From IMG/VR virus record IMGVR_UViG_2671180846_000014: a stretch of 9,424 nt of DNA; one strand, written 5' to 3'. Source of the stretch: a virus (taxonomy: Duplodnaviria > Heunggongvirae > Uroviricota > Caudoviricetes). Below, in pieces: positions 6,817-9,424 of the stretch (the first letter of the stretch is position 1; every line of letters starts with the position of its first letter). The notes beneath the pieces are model-generated. The model was not told where the DNA came from, searched no databases, and was given only the letters and a program-made list of their open reading frames with translations. A program made the position numbers and the translations under genes.

Positions 6817-6969
6817 ATGGATATGCTCAATCTTGGCAACAATGAATCTCTGGTGTGCGGAGTATTCCCCAACCACGACGGCACGTTTACCGCGATGACG
6901 TATACCAGAAGTAAAACGTTTAAAACCGAAGCTGGCGCGCATCGCTGGTTAGCAAGAAACGCTAACTGA
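6817..6969 (+). CDS. ydfA: YdfA-like small protein (50 aa)
   Basis: Not in the ORF track (below cutoff). ATG at 6817 with GAGG 6 nt upstream; translation MDMLNLGNNESLVCGVFPNHDGTFTAMTYTRSKTFKTEAGAHRWLARNAN. Position (first gene after the repressor, upstream of dicF/dicB) and sequence match my recollection of Qin YdfA. Confidence 0.55.
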   Translation: MDMLNLGNNESLVCGVFPNHDGTFTAMTYTRSKTFKTEAGAHRWLARNAN

Positions 6970-7140
6970 TTAGCGCCAGTAAAAACAGGTTTCCACAGGT
7001 TAATTTACCCTGAAAAGTCAGGGCATAACACGAAAGCGCACGGCGAGATCCCTTTGCATATAAGTCTTGTCGTTAAATTTCTTCGACCGTGCGCTTCTGG
7101 TTGTGGCAATCCGCGAAATGGCGCGGCGGTAAGTATGGCG

Positions 7141-7340
7141 GGGTTATTCCTTCCCCCATTGAGGACACCGGGTTGTCAGGTTGACCATACGCTTAAGTGA
7201 CAACCCCGCTGCAACNNNNNNNNNNNNNNNNNNNNNNNNNNNNNNNNNNNNNNNNNNNNNNNNNNGGGTTATTCCTTCCCCAGTTGAGGACACCGGGTTG
7301 TCAGGTTGACCATACGCTTAAGTGACACCCCCGCTACAAC
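7141..7340 (+). repeat. two near-identical 75-bp copies (7141-7215 and 7266-7340) separated by a masked 50-nt run; each holds a 9-bp-stem hairpin
   Basis: GGGTTATTCCTTCCCCCATTGAGGACACCGGGTTGTCAGGTTGACCATACGCTTAAGTGACAACCCCGCTGCAAC versus the second copy with 4 substitutions. Internal inverted repeat GGGTTGTCA...TGACAACCC. Confidence 0.7.
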
Positions 7341-7356
7341 GCCCTCTGTTATCAAT

Positions 7357-7415
7357 ATTCTGGTGACATTTGGCGGTATCAGTTTTACTCCGTGACTGCT
7401 CTGCCGCCCTTTTTT
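7357..7415 (+). ncRNA. dicF: DicF small RNA homolog (ftsZ-targeting prophage sRNA) with its intrinsic terminator
   Basis: ATTCTGGTGACATTTGGCGGTATCAGTTTTACTCCGTGACTGCTCTGCCGCCCTTTTTT matches my recollection of E. coli DicF with 2 differences in the 5' part. Ends in a GC stem (GGCGG...CCGCC) plus T6. Lies upstream of the dicB-like gene as in the Qin dicB operon. Confidence 0.7.
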
Positions 7416-7419
7416 AAAA

Positions 7420-7569
7420 GTGAATTTTGTGATGCGGTGAATGCGGCTCAGCGCACGCGGAACAGTTAAAACCAAAAACAGTGTTATGGGTGGATTCTCT
7501 GTATCCGGCGTTAATTGTTAACTGGTTAACGTCACCTGGAGGCACCAGGCACCGCATCACAAAATTCAT
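7420..7569 (+). other. long-range inverted repeat (19/20 nt arms at 7420-7439 and 7550-7569) bracketing the dicF-dicB spacer; candidate RNase III processing stem
   Basis: GTGAATTTTGTGATGCGGTG (7420-7439) is the reverse complement of CACCGCATCACAAAATTCAT (7550-7569) except for one terminal base. Smaller hairpins lie between (CGTTAA...TTAACG, CCTGG...CCAGG). Confidence 0.5.
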
Positions 7570-7585
7570 TGTTGAGGACGCGATA

Positions 7586-7774
7586 ATGGAAAAGTTATCA
7601 TGTAATGCCAGCACGTCTGAACTTCGTTTCGAAATTGGCGTTATCACTGGAGACAAAACATTTATTGAAGACGCCATTAAGCAGAGAAAACTCGAGCAGG
7701 ACCTGTTAAATGAAGTATGCATTCCTTCAATGCTGGCTCGTCTGGACCTGCTGCAAAAAGGATATAAACAATGA
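7586..7774 (+). CDS. dicB: DicB-like cell-division inhibitor (62 aa), copy 1
   Basis: ATG at 7586 (track ORF 7481..7774 trimmed). MEKLSCNASTSELRFEIGVITGDKTFIEDAIKQRKLEQDLLNEVCIPSMLARLDLLQKGYKQ resembles K-12 DicB as recalled (...NVNTSEGCFEIGV...FTEDAI...RK...LL...SMLARL...). Stop overlaps the ydfD-like start (ATGA). Confidence 0.8.
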   Translation: MEKLSCNASTSELRFEIGVITGDKTFIEDAIKQRKLEQDLLNEVCIPSMLARLDLLQKGYKQ

Positions 7775-7962
7775 ATACAACATTTGCACTCGTTCTGACA
7801 GTTTATCTTGTTTCCGGCGAATCTCTTGAGCTGGTGACTGGCTTATACGGTTCAATGAAAGAATGCATGGCTGCAGCAGCAGAACAAAAAATTCCCGGTA
7901 ACTGTTATCCGGTAGATAAAACTACTCACACTAATAATAACGAAATACCGGCAGGACTTTAA
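7771..7962 (+). CDS. ydfD: YdfD-like small membrane/lysis protein (63 aa), copy 1
   Basis: ATG at 7771; hydrophobic N-terminus FALVLTVYLVSG; C-terminal EQKIPGNCYPVDK...NNEIPAGL resembles Qin YdfD as recalled. Translationally coupled to the dicB-like gene. Confidence 0.75.
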   Translation: MNTTFALVLTVYLVSGESLELVTGLYGSMKECMAAAAEQKIPGNCYPVDKTTHTNNNEIPAGL

Positions 7963-8055
7963 AACAGCACCGTAATTAATATCCGGTTTCATTTTTATAT
8001 GCCAGCAATGGCAGGGATTTGTTCACCCTTAAATCTGTAATGAGGTTAAAACAAA

Positions 8056-8092
8056 ATGAGTAAAGTCTTTATTTGCGCCGCCATTCCGGACG
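8056..8092 (+). pseudogene. ydfE-like 5' fragment (12 codons, MSKVFICAAIPD) ending at masked run
   Basis: Identical to the first 37 nt of the ydfE-like gene at 9132. The track fuses it in frame through the N run to the type-2 dicB paralog, which is probably an artefact of the masked junction. Confidence 0.4.
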
Positions 8093-8142
8093 NNNNNNNN
8101 NNNNNNNNNNNNNNNNNNNNNNNNNNNNNNNNNNNNNNNNNN

Positions 8143-8313
8143 AACGTTAATACGTCTGAAGGTTGTTTTGATATTGGTGTTCTGCTCAGTAACCGGGAGT
8201 TTACGGAAGATGCCATTAAGATGAGAAAATATGAACCTTATCTTCTCAATGATAATTCCATACTTTCCAGAATTGCCCTTCTTGAACTTGGTATTATCGG
8301 AGAACAGCAGTGA
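8143..8313 (+). CDS. DicB paralog (diverged, type 2); 5' end hidden in masked run
   Basis: Visible part NVNTSEGCFDIGVLLSNREFTEDAIKMRKYEPYLLNDNSILSRIALLELGIIGEQQ, stop TGA at 8311-8313. Shares the NVNTSEGCF-IGV and FTEDAI-RK motifs with DicB but differs from copy 1 across much of its length. Confidence 0.6.
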   Translation, partial: NVNTSEGCFDIGVLLSNREFTEDAIKMRKYEPYLLNDNSILSRIALLELGIIGEQQ

Positions 8314-8498
8314 CTTCAGCATTTGCACTGGTGATGACCGTTTTTCTTATAACGGGTGAGCCACAAAATGTGATTACCGGAATTTATGACAGTAAGTCAT
8401 CCTGCATTCAGGTAAGGGACGAACAAAAAATCCCCGGTGAATGCCTCCCGTTAAAAAAAGTATCGCTGAACCTGAATAACGAAATACCGGCTGGATAA
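8310..8498 (+). CDS. YdfD paralog (diverged, type 2; 62 aa)
   Basis: GTG start at 8310 overlapping the upstream stop (GTGA). MTSAFALVMTVFLITGEPQNVITGIYDSKSSCIQVRDEQKIPGECLPLKKVSLNLNNEIPAG is diverged from copy 1 but shares the hydrophobic N-terminus and the EQKIPG...NNEIPAG C-terminus. Confidence 0.6.
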   Translation: MTSAFALVMTVFLITGEPQNVITGIYDSKSSCIQVRDEQKIPGECLPLKKVSLNLNNEIPAG

Positions 8499-8661
8499 CC
8501 CGCCAGCCATATTAACGCCATACCAACGGATTAAAAATGCCAGCAATGGCAGGGATTCGTTCACCCTGAAATCTGTAATNNNNNNNNNNNNNNNNNNNNN
8601 NNNNNNNNNNNNNNNNNNNNNNNNNNNNNGCATCACAAAATTCATTGTTGAGGACGCGATA

Positions 8662-8850
8662 ATGGAAAAGTTATCATGTAATGCCAGCACGTCTGAACTT
8701 CGTTTCGAAATTGGCGTTATCACTGGAGACAAAACATTTATTGAAGACGCCATTAAGCAGAGAAAACTCGAGCAGGACCTGTTAAATGAAGTATGCATTC
8801 CTTCAATGCTGGCTCGTCTGGACCTGCTGCAAAAAGGATATAAACAATGA
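8662..8850 (+). CDS. dicB: DicB-like cell-division inhibitor (62 aa), second type-1 copy
   Basis: Identical translation to 7586..7774; lies within direct-repeat copy C. Confidence 0.8.
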   Translation: MEKLSCNASTSELRFEIGVITGDKTFIEDAIKQRKLEQDLLNEVCIPSMLARLDLLQKGYKQ

Positions 8851-9038
8851 ATACAACATTTGCACTCGTTCTGACAGTTTATCTTGTTTCCGGCGAATCT
8901 CTTGAGCTGGTGACTGGCTTATACGGTTCAATGAAAGAATGCATGGCTGCAGCAGCAGAACAAAAAATTCCCGGTAACTGTTATCCGGTAGATAAAACTA
9001 CTCACACTAATAATAACGAAATACCGGCAGGACTTTAA
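8847..9038 (+). CDS. ydfD: YdfD-like small membrane/lysis protein (63 aa), second type-1 copy
   Basis: Identical translation to 7771..7962. Confidence 0.75.
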   Translation: MNTTFALVLTVYLVSGESLELVTGLYGSMKECMAAAAEQKIPGNCYPVDKTTHTNNNEIPAGL

Positions 9039-9131
9039 AACAGCACCGTAATTAATATCCGGTTTCATTTTTATATGCCAGCAATGGCAGGGATTTGTTC
9101 ACCCTTAAATCTGTAATGAGGTTAAAACAAA

Positions 9132-9424
9132 ATGAGTAAAGTCTTTATTTGCGCCGCCATTCCGGACGAACAGGCAATAAAAGAAGAGGGCGCAGTTGCT
9201 GTAGCCACTGCCATTGAAGCCGGTGATGAACGCCGCGCCCGTGCCAAATTTACCTGGCAATTCCTGGAGCAATATCCTGCTGCTCAGGACTGCGCTTATA
9301 AATTTCTTGTCTGCGAAGATAAACCTGGCATGCCCCGCCCTGCTATCGACTCCTGGGATACCGAATATATGCAGGAAAACCGCTGGGATGAGGAATCCGC
9401 TTCCTTTATTCCGGTCGAACCAGA
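9132..9424 (+). CDS. YdfE-like protein by position, partial (runs off window end)
   Basis: ATG at 9132; open frame to the window end (MSKVFICAAIPDEQAIKEEGAVAVATAIEAGDERRARAKFTWQFLEQYPAAQDCAYKFLVCEDKPGMPRPAIDSWDTEYMQENRWDEESASFIPVEP...). Follows dicB-ydfD as ydfE does in Qin. Sequence family not verified. Confidence 0.55.
   Translation, partial: MSKVFICAAIPDEQAIKEEGAVAVATAIEAGDERRARAKFTWQFLEQYPAAQDCAYKFLVCEDKPGMPRPAIDSWDTEYMQENRWDEESASFIPVEP

Larger units (their letters stand above)
7554..8092 (+). repeat. direct repeat copy A (at least 539 bp), identical to 8630-9168
   Basis: Register offset 1076 bp. Spot checks (7554-7560, 7981-8040, and identical ORF translations) show identity. Both ends are bounded by masked runs, so the true extent is unknown. 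Confidence 0.8.
8630..9168 (+). repeat. direct repeat copy C, identical to 7554-8092
   Basis: Same as copy A; contains dicB-like and ydfD-like copy 2 of type 1 and the ydfE-like 5' end. Confidence 0.8.

Noticed and set aside
7135-7200. 21-codon ORF (MAGLFLPPLRTPGCQVDHTLK) inside the first 75-bp repeat copy
   Set aside because: No convincing SD, and the equivalent start in the second copy is not visible. An RNA-structure element is the more economical reading, though a micro-ORF cannot be excluded.
8056-8313. 85-aa fused ORF (ydfE N-terminus joined to the DicB paralog)
   Set aside because: The fusion exists only by reading through 50 masked positions. Treated as a ydfE 5' fragment plus a separate dicB paralog whose start is hidden.
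7269-8798. Minus-strand ORFs 7269..7475, 7414..7722, 8029..8328, 8451..8798
   Set aside because: Antisense shadows of dicF and the dicB/ydfD modules. Two of them are duplicated only because the underlying plus-strand repeat is duplicated.
1-9424. CRISPR array, tRNA/rRNA genes, IS elements or integrase
   Set aside because: No spacer-repeat periodicity, no cloverleaf-compatible segments, and no terminal inverted repeats with a transposase ORF were seen. The repeats present are accounted for by iterons, operators and the dicB-ydfD duplication.

Overview
This window looks like the immunity and early region of a lambdoid (Qin/DicA-type) enterobacterial prophage. All calls are by eye from the sequence and ORF track; no searches were run. 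Centre: a divergent Cro/DicC-like gene (minus, 5572-5799) and a CI-like repressor with an HTH plus a LexA/S24 peptidase domain (plus, 5894-6541), with AATCTA-N8-TAGATT operator-like palindromes between them. Minus strand, running leftward: Cro-like, a YdaT/CII-position gene, an O-like initiator candidate carrying two phased GTGAC iteron arrays, a lambda-P-like helicase loader, six tightly coupled small genes of unknown function, an unlisted 34-aa hydrophobic peptide ORF, a strong intrinsic terminator, and two Cys/His-rich or unknown ORFs to the window edge. Plus strand, running rightward from the repressor: an intrinsic terminator, a PL-like promoter with a third operator copy, a ydfA-like ORF, a structured leader with a duplicated 75-bp element, a DicF sRNA homolog, then a tandem array of dicB-ydfD modules (type 1, diverged type 2, type 1 again) and a ydfE-like gene running off the window. 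The most unusual feature is this dicB-ydfD array, in which identical copies of at least 539 bp flank a diverged paralog pair. Six 50-nt N runs (258-307, 764-813, 4286-4335, 7216-7265, 8093-8142, 8580-8629) fall on several junctions, so those boundaries are uncertain.
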